Origin: Octopus sinensis
Taxonomy: Eukaryota
Length of the DNA stretch: 64,000 nt
Assembly: GCF_006345805.1 (NCBI RefSeq)
Contig: NC_043000.1
Location: 104,656,001-104,720,000, forward strand
Reading direction: 5' to 3'
How positions within the stretch are numbered: the first letter of the stretch is position 1; each line of letters starts with the position of its first letter. The translations under genes were made by a program, and so were the position numbers. Under the pieces are notes generated by a model, which was not told the origin of the DNA, did not search any database, and saw only the letters and a program-made list of their open reading frames with translations. Positions 1 through 12,194 of the stretch are shown here, one piece after another.

Positions 1-31
1 CAAAAAGTCACTGATCTGGAAAAAGGAGAAA

Positions 32-680
32 CAAGCAATAATAGATCTCTGAGCGAGAATTAAACAGTAGCAGCACGACATCGTGAACTATATTTTCCAC
101 CTAAATGTAGCTGCCCCATATGGGACTTTGCTACTGTAGTTTATAGTCCCAGGAAGACATCTCCTCCGGCTGGCTAATGACACACTGTCTGTACCCGATC
201 AGTATTTGCGAAGAGAAATCATCCTTCCCATTTCTAGCCTGAAGTGATACACACGAACCCGGGTTTTTGAGTAGAAACCTGTCGTGCTGCTTCTGTTTAA
301 TTTTCGCTCAGAAATTTATTATTGCTTGGTTATTCAAAAGTTAACGGCTGCACTGAAGAGCTGCGGACATTTACATTCGTGAATGTTAACAACGAAATCA
401 AGGTATATAGCTTATTACCAAATTTTCTATCTTTTCATTTGTCTTGCTCGTTTTATATTCTAGCGTTTGCTGAAATTTCTTGAGAGCACATTCTTCGTGG
501 TAAGACGATTTAGCGTCTTCTTCTAGCATATTAGGAGTCCACCTTGGTGATTATTCCTCTTATATATGTATGTAATATAATTTCTTAACCTTCGGATTTT
601 TAAAGTATGCTGGGCCACTGGTTTAAATTGATATTAATTAATTAATATTAATTTCTACCATCATTATTTAACTTTTATAT
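32..680 (+). mobile_element. PLE pseudo-LTR-like non-coding remnant with 5' inverted segment and hammerhead relics
   Basis: 32-80 is the reverse complement of 280-328 (45/49). Hammerhead-like relics: CTGAA-GTG-ATACA-CAC-GAA-CCCGGGT (239-264) and CTGAAGA-G...C-GAAA (353-397). Ends in an AT-rich hairpin (620-659) followed by TA/TG repeats. Confidence 0.6.
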
Positions 681-1256
681 GTATATACGTGTATGCGGGA
701 GTGTGAATGTATACCTGTATATATATATATATATATATATACGTATATTAATATGTATAAATGTCTAAATATATATGTATTATGTTACTTGTATGCATGC
801 AAACACCTATGTGTATATGAGGATGAAGTTGCGTACACACACACACACACACATATATATATACACATGTCTGCATCTGTAAGTGGATATGTGTATGTAT
901 GAGTACATACATGTACATACATGTTTGTGTGTGTATGTACATGTACGTATACATGTTTGTGTGGGTGTGTACGTATGTAGACGTTATGAATGCAGGAGGC
1001 TTATGTCTATGTATTGTGAGAATATAGTTGCGTGTATTTTTTCATTTTTCTTTTTCTACAAATCAGAGTAACTTCCCTTTTATTCAACGCCTTTTTTTAT
1101 AGCGTCCATTGCCATTAATAGCCGACGAGAATGCATTGTAGCTCTTCACTCTTACTTTCGAAACTCCGAGTAATGACAATTTACTGTTTGTTCTAAATTA
1201 TAAACACAACACACACACACACTACATACATACATATATATATATATATATTATAT

Positions 1257-1288
<32 letters not shown>

Positions 1289-1308
1289 ATATAATATATA
1301 TATTTATT

Positions 1309-1350
<42 letters not shown>

Positions 1351-1357
1351 ATATCTA

Positions 1358-1615
1358 TAAGATGGAGGTGGAAAGTAAGTATGAGAATTTTAATAAGAGG
1401 GAATTTAATAAAAATTATTTAAAAAATCATATAAAGAAAATATTACCGCTTTTGATGAATCTTATCTTATCAGCTATCACTAAAAATTCATAAAAAATTG
1501 AAGTAAAAACAGTTTATCTGCTGTCTGGGGGTCAAGAACAAACGAAGAAATTTTTATAAAATTTTTATTAAATTCCTCCTTAAATTGAAATGTGCTATTT
1601 CCACATCCATCTTTT
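1358..1615 (-). mobile_element. Inverted-repeat PLE-end remnant with decayed hammerhead, embedded in (TA)n
   Basis: About 1358-1428 is an imperfect inverted copy of 1547-1615. The minus strand at 1441-1476 reads ATAG-CTGATAA-GAT-AAGATTC-ATC-AAAA-GCGGTA, i.e. a CTGATGA...GAAA core with two substitutions. Confidence 0.5.
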
Positions 1616-1657
1616 AATATAAAAATTTTTTTATATAATATCTAATCTTTTTTCAAT

Positions 1658-1693
<36 letters not shown>

Positions 1694-1717
1694 ATATATA
1701 TAGCACTCAACTATTTT

Positions 1718-1756
<39 letters not shown>

Positions 1757-1789
1757 ACACATTCAAAACAGATTCACACCTATCTTAAA

Positions 1790-4430
1790 AAAACCATCAC
1801 CCTACCAAAAAAAAAAAAAAGAATACAAGACCTAACCCTAACTTTGTAGCCAACCAGCGAAACAACATCGGGAGTACCTCAACATCAAACAGAGAAATGA
1901 AAAATCACTGCCCACAGGAGAGACATTGCAGCCTGCCCATATAAGGAGTTACCAACAAAATTTTCATTCTAACAATCAACTAAACAACCACGCACAACAA
2001 ACCCATACCACACGTAATAATTACCAACGACGGCCCCATAAAACACCACATTCGAACAGGGAATGTAGAGACACACCTTTCAATACCCTTCCAAGAACCT
2101 GCAACATAAATCACAACAGGGCACTCCATAACGACAAGGAGCAACTACATAGTAGCTACGTCCCAATCACCTCAATCATTTTTTAGACACAATACGCAAA
2201 CACAGAGATACGAGATAGCACCAGACAGACAGGAAAAACCAAAAGTGATAAAAATCGTCAATCTAACTCACAAAGAACTAACAGCAAACCAAATCAACAT
2301 GCTTTCCAAAGGGCTCAAGTTTACACAACGCCCCATCTACAACATAATGAAAGAAGACGTCGCGGAATTCTGTAGAAAATTACGACTCGCTGGGAAACTA
2401 TACGACAAATACAACGAGGACGAATCGTTAGTCCAAAATAGAAGTAACTACACCCCTTCAAAAGGTAAGAACAAAACTTTTTAACCATTTCTGTGAATAC
2501 ATCTCGAATTACCCACATCAACATATATCCAAACAAAAGCACAAGCCAAACTTCAGCAAAAAAGAATGGGCTGAGCTGAACAAATTAAATGATGATAAAA
2601 CAATAACAATCAAAGTGGCTGATAAAAAAAGTGCAGTTGTCTTAAGAGACATGGTATACTATATAACTCTAGTACTACCCATATTAGAAGACACAACATA
2701 TTATGAAAAGGTCCAACACTACTGTCAGCAGAAAATAATGAGAAACTTAAAATCCATGTTAAGCCTATACAGAGAATGGCTCACCGACAAGGAATACGAT
2801 TATATGACCAACTTCAAAAGTAAATCCAGTCAATTTTATGGTATTTCTAAGTTACACAAAAGTGACAAACTAAGTAACGTTGACCCTGCCACAGACGTAA
2901 TAATCAAGGTCCCTACACCTAATGACCTCAAATTAAGACCTATAATAGCAGGTCCCGCATGCGAAACCCACCGCCTCAGTAACTTTTTAGATACCCTCTT
3001 AAAACCATTCCTCAAATATGTCAAAAGCTATATAAAAGACGACCTAGATATGCTCAATCACTTCCCTAAAACAATAAGCAAAAACACCCTACTAGTATCT
3101 TTCGATGTAGTTAACCTTTATTCTAATATCCCCAACAGCCTAGGAATAGAGGCAATTTAATTCTGGCTAGAGAATTAATCCAACGAACTCCCACATCGCA
3201 TCAAAAAAGAATTCATAACAGAAGGGCTAAAATTCATCTTGGAGAATAACTACTTTGTCTTCAAAGACAACTTCTATCTACAAAAATCGGGGACTGCGAT
3301 GGGTACGAGAATGGCTCCTTCCTTTGCTAACCTAGTCATGGGATATCTAGAAATCAGTCTGTATCGTAAGGTACTAGAAAAATACGGCAACACATTCTCA
3401 CTCTACATAGAAAATTAACTGGAAGAGGTATCTGGATGATTGTTTGATTCTTTGGCCTGAAAGTATTGAGAGACTTAAAGAATTTTAAGCACTTATAAAT
3501 GAACTTGACGTAAACATTCAATTTATGATAGAATATAGCCATCAACAACTTCCATTCCTTAACATCCTCATTAAGAAATCTGACAACGAAATAGAAACAG
3601 ATACACTAGAATGAATATCCTTTTCAAGCTGTCAAAAAGGATTTGTACGATATTTTCTAATACAAGCACCAGGGACACACAACTACATGAACTAAAGGAT
3701 ACACTCATTACCAGGAACTACCCTCCATCACTAACTGATATAGGCTTTCAACGTGCCCTACAATTCAACATCACAAACTCAGGCATCCCAAATTAAAGAA
3801 GGATTTACAACCGAAAGCCCTATCATACATCTCCACACACAACCCTTTTAACAATGAAGCCTTCGACCTCATCCTCCAGAACATTCCCCTACTAAAAAGG
3901 GACTACAGAATGAATTTAAACTTCCAAATGCACACCATCACAAAGAGCAAAAGACAACCCAAATCTATGAAAAGTCAAGCCCAAGTACGCTCGACAACAA
4001 CACTGAAGCCATCATCAGTATAAATATGCGGAAGACCTAACTGTGGTATATGCGTCAACCTAATTGAGGGACTGGAGTTCTCCTTCAAACAGGATCAACG
4101 TTTTACAGTGGAAAGCAACTTCACGTGTGCTTCGGAGAACCTAACATAGGCATTAACTTGCTCTGGGTGTTGAGAGCATTACATAGGCCAAACTAAAAAC
4201 ACTCTACGTCAAAGGATGGCTCTAGATAGATCCCAGATCAAAATTCGGGAATACAGGGAAATAGCATTCAGCGAACACATCGACATTTGTGCCAATAACA
4301 AACAACCCAGCTTCAGAATTTTCCCCTCTATAAATTCAGGGACGATACAACCTGTACTCAGTGTATTAATAAAGAGTCATATTTTATCACAAAATATAAA
4401 CCCCTTTTGAATGCATCGACCACAAATGAC
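1790..4430 (+). mobile_element. Degenerate Penelope-like retroelement (RT plus GIY-YIG endonuclease), disrupted by stops and frameshifts
   Basis: Successive frames give LSKGLKF, ADKKSAVV, SKLHK, LRPIIAGP, SFDVVNLYSNIP, GTAMG (3290-3304) and RYLDD (3426-3440). These are followed by CGRPNCGIC and TCSGC*EHYIGQT...RQRM (about 4025-4220), which matches PLE RT-EN architecture. Confidence 0.93.
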
Positions 4431-5149
4431 ACTTTTACAAGGGCCTTAGAATAATACACACGCAAATATTAAAAAGCGATATATTCAGAATAGTCACTAT
4501 CCATTAATTTATTCAGAACAATTCCAATCACTACTATTACAACCACAAGGGGTCACTTTTAGGTGACTTGACCATTTAAGAGAATTCAACAAACATCTTA
4601 CTGCTGTCATACCACTCTTGCATTCTTCTTCTTCGCTGCCTCCTTTCTCAACTACTACTGCTGCTTCACAATCAAAACGAAGAACTCATACCAGATGAGT
4701 GACTGGTTATTCAAAGACGTTTATAGATTTTAAATTTATTCTGTCCAGTTACGTATCAGTATAGTGGTCATTTGCAAACTCCAGAGGTGACACTTTAATT
4801 TCTCCTTAGCCCTCATGTCACACAGTTGTTAATGTTGATTTCAGTTGGGTCACGCTCTTCCAATTGCTATATATTCGTAATGCATCTTACGGCCGTGCTT
4901 GTCACCTGGATGGTGAGGAATCCTACATTGGCAGTGGTAACGACTAGGGTAGGGTAACTGACTGCTTATTGTGATCATTCGTCTTTTGGTTTCATGTAGC
5001 TTTGCTCTCTTTTACAAACCCAGTGAACATATATTTCCTATTTCAAAGAAGTTCAAACAATACATATAAGACCCAAGTTAAAAAGATTCTCAACAATTCA
5101 ACTTCTCTGGTTGACATTAAGATGCCCACCCCCAACAGGGGCCTTAACT

Positions 5150-5430
5150 CTCACACTTTAGAGCTCCATGACCTTCATTTTTCATGAGCAAAATCTTTTT
5201 AACAGATTCAATCTGACTGGAACTTTAGAATATGCGCATAAAAATCAGTAGTATGGGATACATGTGGCACGATTACAATTTTTTTAGGGTGTGTAAAGAG
5301 GGAAATAACCCTCATCTGCAATTTTGATGAAATTCGAAACATAGGTATTCCAGTTCATTACAGAAGATATAACAGAAAAGTCTAATTCTTCAATTAAATG
5401 TAACCGGGCAACGTTGGGTATCTCTGCTAG
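5150..5430 (+). mobile_element. Helitron-type 3' end (5' boundary uncertain)
   Basis: AACCGGGCAACGTTGGGTATCTCTGCTAG|T at 5402-5431: a subterminal GC hairpin plus CTAG before T. It is closely similar to the Helitron end at 55791-55820. Confidence 0.6.
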
Positions 5431-5445
5431 TATATATATATAATA

Positions 5446-5514
<69 letters not shown>

Positions 5515-5515
<1 letters not shown>

Positions 5516-5900
5516 TGTATGAGCCACTCCTACTATACATTCTTCCTATGACCTTAAACGATACTAAGCCCAACCACACACACATACACACACACACCTG
5601 CGCGCGCGCACATACACACACATACCTCCTTCTCTTGCACTCTCCTGTCTTTGAAAGAACTTTTTCTTCACCCATTCCCTTCACCCATTCAATATGTGAC
5701 CGCGTGTGTATCGTCGGCGATTTTTTTTCCTCCGTCTTCCTTCCTTGGATCTTTCCTTTTTCTTTGTTTCTGACGAAGAGCTCCGCTCGAAACGTTAAAT
5801 CCTCCTCCTTTCTTTCCTTTCCTGAGCGTCTAATAACACTATACTTGTTCCAAGTCCTCGCGTTGTTGTGTTTTCCCTTTGTGTTTTCATGTTTGGATTA

Positions 5901-5903
<3 letters not shown>
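5515..5903 (+). mobile_element. PLE 3'/pLTR non-coding fragment carrying a minimal hammerhead
   Basis: Pyrimidine-rich tail flanked by (TA)n on both sides, with a hammerhead core at 5766-5800. A decayed relative lies at about 29580-29760. Confidence 0.55.
5766..5800 (+). ncRNA. Minimal type I hammerhead ribozyme (PLE type)
   Basis: GTTT-CTGACGA-A-GAGC-TCC-GCTC-GAAA-C-GTT-AAAT. Intact core, 4-bp stem II, palindromic ACGT stem III, GUU cleavage triplet, stem I GTTT/AAAT. Confidence 0.75.
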
Positions 5904-5941
<38 letters not shown>

Positions 5942-6010
5942 GTGTGTGTGTGAATGTATATATATACACACACAGATAGATAGATATGTGGTGTGTGTGT
6001 GTGTACGCAT

Positions 6011-7210
6011 ATATTTACATAAAGCACAAAAAGTACAGAAAAATATGAAGATATGTAATTTTTTAACTTGACACCGTTCAGGAAGCTTTTCCATAATTAG
6101 GAGAAATAACAAAGACTCGTAATGAGCAAATGTGGAATAAAATTTGTGCTTACACGAGATTACGTTAGGGAATTTATTGAGTAACGAGGTATTATGATGA
6201 CGAAGATTTCTAGCAACGTAACTTAAAAAATACGATAGTTAGTGTTGTACAGGGAAGCTCTACAGTCTATGGATCAGTATAAGGTATAGGGAATGTCCTG
6301 GGACTTGATGTGGTATAGAGAGGTAAATAGTTTAGAGGCTGTATTTGAGAATGAATGCAGGTGAGCCCGGTAGTGACGCTTGAAATCAGTGGTGCTTTTG
6401 ATGTAGACCCTAGCCTGGTGAGAACATTGGGTTATTACCCGGCATTTATATATTCTACATTTACTCAATAGGTTCTCTGATGTAATCTTCTTGAGTGAGC
6501 ACCAATTTTATTCCACATTTGCTCATTACGTAAAGTCTTTATGATTTCTCTAAATTACGGATAAAGCTCTTTAGTTATTTTGCTATGTTCTCCCTTTCTT
6601 CTTGTACAATATTCTCCATATCTCAACATACTTTCTTCCTCCGCTACCCCAACCCTAGTACCTTTCCTTCATTGCTTATCTCTTCTTGTTTCTCCGTCTG
6701 ACCAGCTGCCACCCATAACTGATTCACTATCTGCTCAGATAGCTTACCTTGACCACTAGTAACCTTTGCTTTCACCGAACCTATTTTACCTTCTCCCTAT
6801 CTCTCTCTCTGTTTCTTCTACCTCCTTCCTCATTTTGTCGTAGAATTCTCCCACTCTTTCCACTCTCTCTTTTTGTCTACCCGTGTTTCTTCCTTTCTGT
6901 GTTGTACAAATCCTGCTCTCCCCCCCTGCCTTTCGTTCTTGTCATTCCTCCTCTCTTCCTTCTACTGTTTATATCTGCTTGCAGTATCACATGAACCACT
7001 TTTGCCAATCTACTCGTGATGAGGTAAGCCGAACTTATTGGAATACCTCAAACTGACTGCTTACCTGTTGCATACTCATGACATTTTTGTATATTTCATC
7101 TGCAAATTAGAATTATTATGATTATTATGTAACTCCTTGAAACAGCTGCCGAGTTAAGAAATTACATATTTTCTACATATTGTTTGTATTTTTGTGCTCC
7201 ATGTAAATAC
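6011..7210. mobile_element. Rearranged PLE remnant with nested inversions and a GIY-YIG fragment
   Basis: 6011-6075 is inverted relative to 7143-7210, and 6081-6145 is inverted relative to 6504-6568. Minus ORF 6274-6468 (IYKCRV...VYIKSTTDFKRHYRAHLHSF) resembles a PLE GIY-YIG domain. Hammerhead relic ACTC-GTGATGA-GG...CC-TT-GAAA-CAGCTG-CC-GAGT at 7012-7154. Confidence 0.7.
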
Positions 7211-7353
7211 GTGTGTGTTGTGTATATTGTGTGTGTGTTGTGTGAATGTGTGTGTGTGTGTTCTCTGAGTGTGTGTAAGTGTGTGAGTGTGTGTGTAAGT
7301 GTGTAAGTGTATGAGTGTGTGTGTATGTGTGTGTGAAGTCTAATTATTTACAT

Positions 7354-7391
<38 letters not shown>

Positions 7392-7472
7392 TATATGTAC
7401 ATTTATGTATTTATATATGTATATGTACGTATATGTATATGTGGTGTGTGCAAAAACACACACACATATATA

Positions 7473-7679
7473 CAGAGTTGGCCAAAAGTCACCCGACAGT
7501 AAATCAAAATTCCTTAAATACGTAATATTCAATTTCATTTATTCATTCCAATTATGAAGGACTTCATTTTGAACGATTTTCATATTTAGATGCTTTTATT
7601 GACTTCATTCTGTTAAACATAAATATATCTTAGAATTAAATTGTTTTAATTTACTGTCAGGTGACTTTGGCCAACCCTT
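7473..7679. mobile_element. Tc1/mariner-type MITE (~207 bp)
   Basis: TIRs CAGAGTTGGCCAAAAGTCACCCGACAGTAAATCAAAA and TTTTAATTTACTGTCAGGTGACTTTGGCCAACCCTT, flanked by TA, with no coding capacity. Confidence 0.85.
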
Positions 7680-7684
7680 TATAT

Positions 7685-7716
<32 letters not shown>

Positions 7717-7763
7717 GATATATATATAATATACATACATACATACATACAACATACACACAA

Positions 7764-7798
<35 letters not shown>

Positions 7799-8906
7799 AC
7801 ACCACACACACACATATATATATTATATATATTATATATATAAAATTTATAAATAAGGATAATATCGATATTTAAATATCGATATTATCAAGTGGCCAGC
7901 ATGGGAAAAAATACCGTACAAAGGTGATAATTTTTTACAACTGAGAGACACCACCATGCCGAAATAGCAGTCAAAACCCTGAATTTAAAAACCACGTTAA
8001 ATGTTCAAATCGTACCATGAGATAAGACAGAGGGACAAAATAGACTAGCAAAAAATATTATTGAATAATTCAAGATCCAGGATTTCTGGTTTTGCTTTAA
8101 ATAAGTTTTACTGTCATCGGTTGAATATATCAAAGTACATAAATACAGATATATATATATATGCAGAACAAACGTTGTACTTACATATACGAACGTCCAT
8201 ACATACATATATATGCACAGATATAAATGCTAGCAAGTACACAATATTTCATTTTACAACCATTATATACTACCAAGTATATTAAAGGCTTACAGATCAA
8301 TATTGTGCCCTAGTTTCGTGTTACCAATGCGTTGTTTTCATTTATAAGAATACGCCTTTGTAAGCAATGTGATGAAAGATAGAATAAATAGGTAACAGGT
8401 GTATATGCATAGTACAAGAGTTATTGTTCTTTCATGAGCAGCACATCAGACCCATTTCCTATCCACGAACGCATTGCTCAAATACCCACTGAGTATACAT
8501 ATATATCTGTCGCCTCCACGTGGATTCGCGTTTACTCTTATTGCATGACATGTTGGACAAGCCTCTTTCACTAACGTCTTGCGAGTGAATTTGATAGACG
8601 GAAACTGAGTTAAAGTCTTTGCGTGTATGTGAGGTGTGCGTGTCAATGTATATATAAGTTTGTAACACCCCCACCAATACCCGGACTAATACTAAGACTA
8701 CTTTAAAAGAACTCTGACACCAAATATGAACAGTTTGGAAATTGCTTTCAAGCAAAAATCTCAGTCCGATATCAAGGACCATTTTTTAAAGATATAAAAC
8801 ATCTGACCACTAGAAAAACAGGCACAATATGATTTGTGAACATCCTATCATTAAAGCTGAAAAACAAAATTTTCAAAGACATCATTCTTATTCTTTTCAT
8901 ATATAG

Positions 8907-9153
8907 TGTCTGGGGAGGGTCGTTTTCTTTTAATTCCTTATTAATTTGACACATTCGCCGATTTACACTCATTTACTTATTCATTTTTACTAAAATTTTC
9001 GTTGCGACTTACAACATTTTCAAGTGTCAACGACTATTGAAAAGGTTGCAAGTCGCAACGGAAATTTTAGTAGAAATAAATAAGTAAATGAGTGGAAATC
9101 AGTTAATGTGTTAAATTAATTAAGCACTAAAAGAGAATGACTCTTCTCAGACA
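8907..9153. repeat. ~117-bp-arm imperfect palindrome with a hammerhead relic at the inner end of each arm
   Basis: 8907-9023 is the reverse complement of 9037-9153. The plus arm reads TTGAAAAG-GTTGC-AAGTC-GCAAC-GGAAA-TTTT-AGTA and the minus arm TTGAAAAT-GTTG-TAAGTCG-CAAC-GAAA-ATTTT-AGTA. Confidence 0.8.
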
Positions 9154-9217
9154 ATAAAATATGCTTCAGCACACGAATTCACATGAAGAATCTTGCAAAC
9201 CAAATACAAAACCGAAA

Positions 9218-9520
9218 TTGTGATAAGAAGCTTAATTCCCAATCACATAGTTCCGGGTTCGTGCCTTGGGCAAGTGTCTTCTACTCAAAGGCTTGTGAGT
9301 GGATTTGGTAGACGGAAACTGAAAGAAGCCCGTCGTATATATGTGTGTGTGTGCGTGCGCGCGTACGTGTCCGTAACTTACCGGTTCGACAAAAAAAATC
9401 GATAGAATAAGTACTAGGCTTACAAAGAATAAGTCCTGGGGTCGATTTGTTCGACTAAATGTGGCGCCCCAGCATGGCCGCAGTCAAATGTCTGACATAA
9501 ATAAAAGAGTAAAAGAGAAT
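9218..9520 (+). mobile_element. tRNA-derived SINE family B, internally deleted copy
   Basis: Shares GGATTTGGTAGACGGAAACTGAAAGAAGCCCGTCG and the AAGAATAAGTCC..GGGTCGATTTG..CAGCATGGCCGCAGTCAAATG tail with the copies at 17371, 34943 and 37647. Confidence 0.85.
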
Positions 9521-9545
9521 ATATATATATATATATACACACACA

Positions 9546-11300
9546 CAGGCATACCTCACCCGACGTCGTTAATTGGTTCCAGGAGACACGGCTTAAGTCG
9601 AATTAACTTGTCTCTAGGCTAGGCTAGGCAGAGTTCACTTGTCTCTAGGCTAAACCGATAATGACCATTCCCATTCTGTACTTTATGAATGCATTTTCAG
9701 TAATACATGATTAATAAAAACCTATTTTAAGCTTACAAAAAAAATAATTTTTATTTCTTAATACAGTACAGTAAAAATAAAAGTAATCTAAATTTGGCGG
9801 TGCGGACGCTTTATCTATGAATACGGTTTGCAGTAAGACATGGTAAAATAAGAGCCATTTTTCAAGCTTAAAAAACAAATTCAGTAATTTTTATTATTTT
9901 GCAATAGTAAAAAAAAAACTAAATTATTTAAAATTTACCAATACGTACATACAATTTGATGGTTTACACTACGGATGTAAATGGCTGTGGATCGTCAACG
10001 TCAACAGCTGTCTCTGGCTGTTCTTGTTGTTCGATGCGCTTAAAAAACCGGTTGAGAGCTCCTTGAACTGTCTTCTTATTCTTTTCCTCAAGGATTACAT
10101 TATAAGGAGCAAAAGCTTTGTAACAAGCCCTCATAGTCTTGGAAAAGCGTTGAGCATTTGGGTCCATATCCACGAACATAGAAAAACTTTTTTCGATATA
10201 TGCAAATGCTTGCATGGTAAAGTGACGTGGCTCAGGTTCGACTTCCTCTTCTTTATCTTGCTGCTCGTGAAGCTCTATCAGATAAATCTGAAATTCTCCT
10301 CCGAATCCATTTCCAGTTCTTTGCTTGTAGTTTTGCTGATGGCAACATTATCAAACCGCTTAAAATCATTCACGAATTGCAGGCATCGCTTCTTCCATAC
10401 ACCATTCATAGCCGTGCTCTGTACATCATTCCATGCTGCTGCTATGTTTTGTACAGCCTTGTAGATGTATCTCTTCCAAAAGTCACGAAGTGGGATGGAC
10501 TCATCAAGATCAGTTGCAGCTACTGCTTGCCGCGGCGTACGCTTCATATAGTAACGCTTCCTTTCATCTTTAATGAGAACCTTTTCCCATATAACAACAC
10601 TCCACATTCCCTGAACTTCACCCAGCCAAGTCTTGAAGATAGTAATTATTCCCTGATCCACTAGCTGCAGAAGTGACGTAGTGTTCGGAGGGAGGTATAC
10701 GTTGAGGTCCAACGTTGAGGTCCAAATCTCCGGTGTTTTGCGGATGGCCAGGAGCATTATCTAAGATAAGTAAAATCTTAAAATGAATCCCCTTCTTCTT
10801 ACAGTACTTTCTAATGGATTAGGAAATTCCGCTGTTGCTTCTTCGTTAGCTGATGCACTTTCACCTTACTTCTTAATGGAGTGACAACTTCTTCGCTCCT
10901 TAAATCTCACAAACCATCCTTGACTTGCCTTGGACTCAACATCTTCCTCATCTGGATATTTTTTCTTCAGGTCCTTAACCAAAGACAACACTTTCTCTTG
11001 AATGATTTCTTGACTAATAGTAGCACGCTGACGATTCAACCTACTACACTACATTACGGTGTGTATCTTAACATTTACTGTACGTATCTTAATATGGTTT
11101 TATATGCTTTTATTCTTATTTATTGTACAGTATGATGATTTTATGTGCTTTTAACGTTTTCCTAATGATTTTACGATTCCAATATTGGTGGCGGACAGAG
11201 GTAAAGTTGAGTAAAATGACTTAACTTGATTTTTATTTTTCCATATATTATTTTTGAAAACCGACGTATAATAGAGAACGAATTAAGCCGATGTATGCCT
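9546..11300 (-). mobile_element. pogo/Tigger-like DNA transposon relic (DDE_1 transposase, internally deleted)
   Basis: TIR-like ends CAGGCATACCTC (9546) and GATGTATGCCT (11300). Minus-strand fragments give ILLILDNAPGHP, VYLPPNTTSLLQLVDQGII and AVQNIAAAWNDV..AMNGVWKK. Confidence 0.88.
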
Positions 11301-11329
11301 CTGTGTGTGTATAGATGAATAATTCGGAG

Positions 11330-12190
11330 GGAGATTCCACATGGTGGTGAATATAAAATTAAGATTTAAGGTGAAAAACCATAGAAATTTTGTTTGTGTA
11401 AAGATTGCTTAATCCATTATAATATGTACTGAGTCGATCGGTTTCGCTTCGTTAATCATGACTCAATGTTATGAAATCATAATAATTTTAGACTTAATCT
11501 TTCATAGTAGCAGGTATGAAAGTTGTGTGTTTATGCAGGAAAGTATAGCTCAAGCGGTATAATCAGTGAGTATAATGTGTTTTTTTTATTATCTAAAGGG
11601 ATATTCAGTGTATATAATATTTCTTAGCAAAGGGGAAGAAAAACTCTTTTCCTTTTTTCTTGTTGTTTTTTTTTTATTTGTGAATTCCATGATATATTCA
11701 TGTTAAGTTCTGGTTTGTATTTTTCAATAAATGTGGCATCTTTATTTAGTCGTTGTTGAGTTGAGGTCCTTTCCATGCATTGGTAAAGTGGGAATATTGT
11801 GAATTGTGGTTGGCGTTCCTTAGCACATCTGTCTATGTGATTACTGAGTGGTACTCGATGATATTGGGGGTGATAGATTTTTTTGTCTGCATAGTGTAGA
11901 TCTACGTCTGAGGGACATTCATGCTGAGCCTATATAGTGCCTATTGCAGCCGGAACATGTTATGACGTCGATGAGATTTTCAGAGCCACAAGTGAAGTCA
12001 GTTTTAATTTTAAATTGTTGTCCTTGTATAAAATGGAATTTTGAACCTTCCATTTTGTTGGCACAACAGTTTGGTTGTCTATATTTTAAAACTCTGCTTC
12101 CGTTATTTTTTAGTATAGTTTTACATTTGTCAGTATCCGCTTTAGTGATTTTGGCTGTTTGTTTGTGGTTTTAATAATTTTATGGGTTTA
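11330..12190 (-). mobile_element. PLE 3' fragment (GIY-YIG endonuclease plus 3' non-coding tail)
   Basis: The minus strand at about 11890-12000 translates to DFTCGSENLIDVITCSGCNRHYIGSA*MSLRRR, homologous to the EN region of the 1790-4430 element. Confidence 0.8.
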
Positions 12191-12194
12191 AGTG

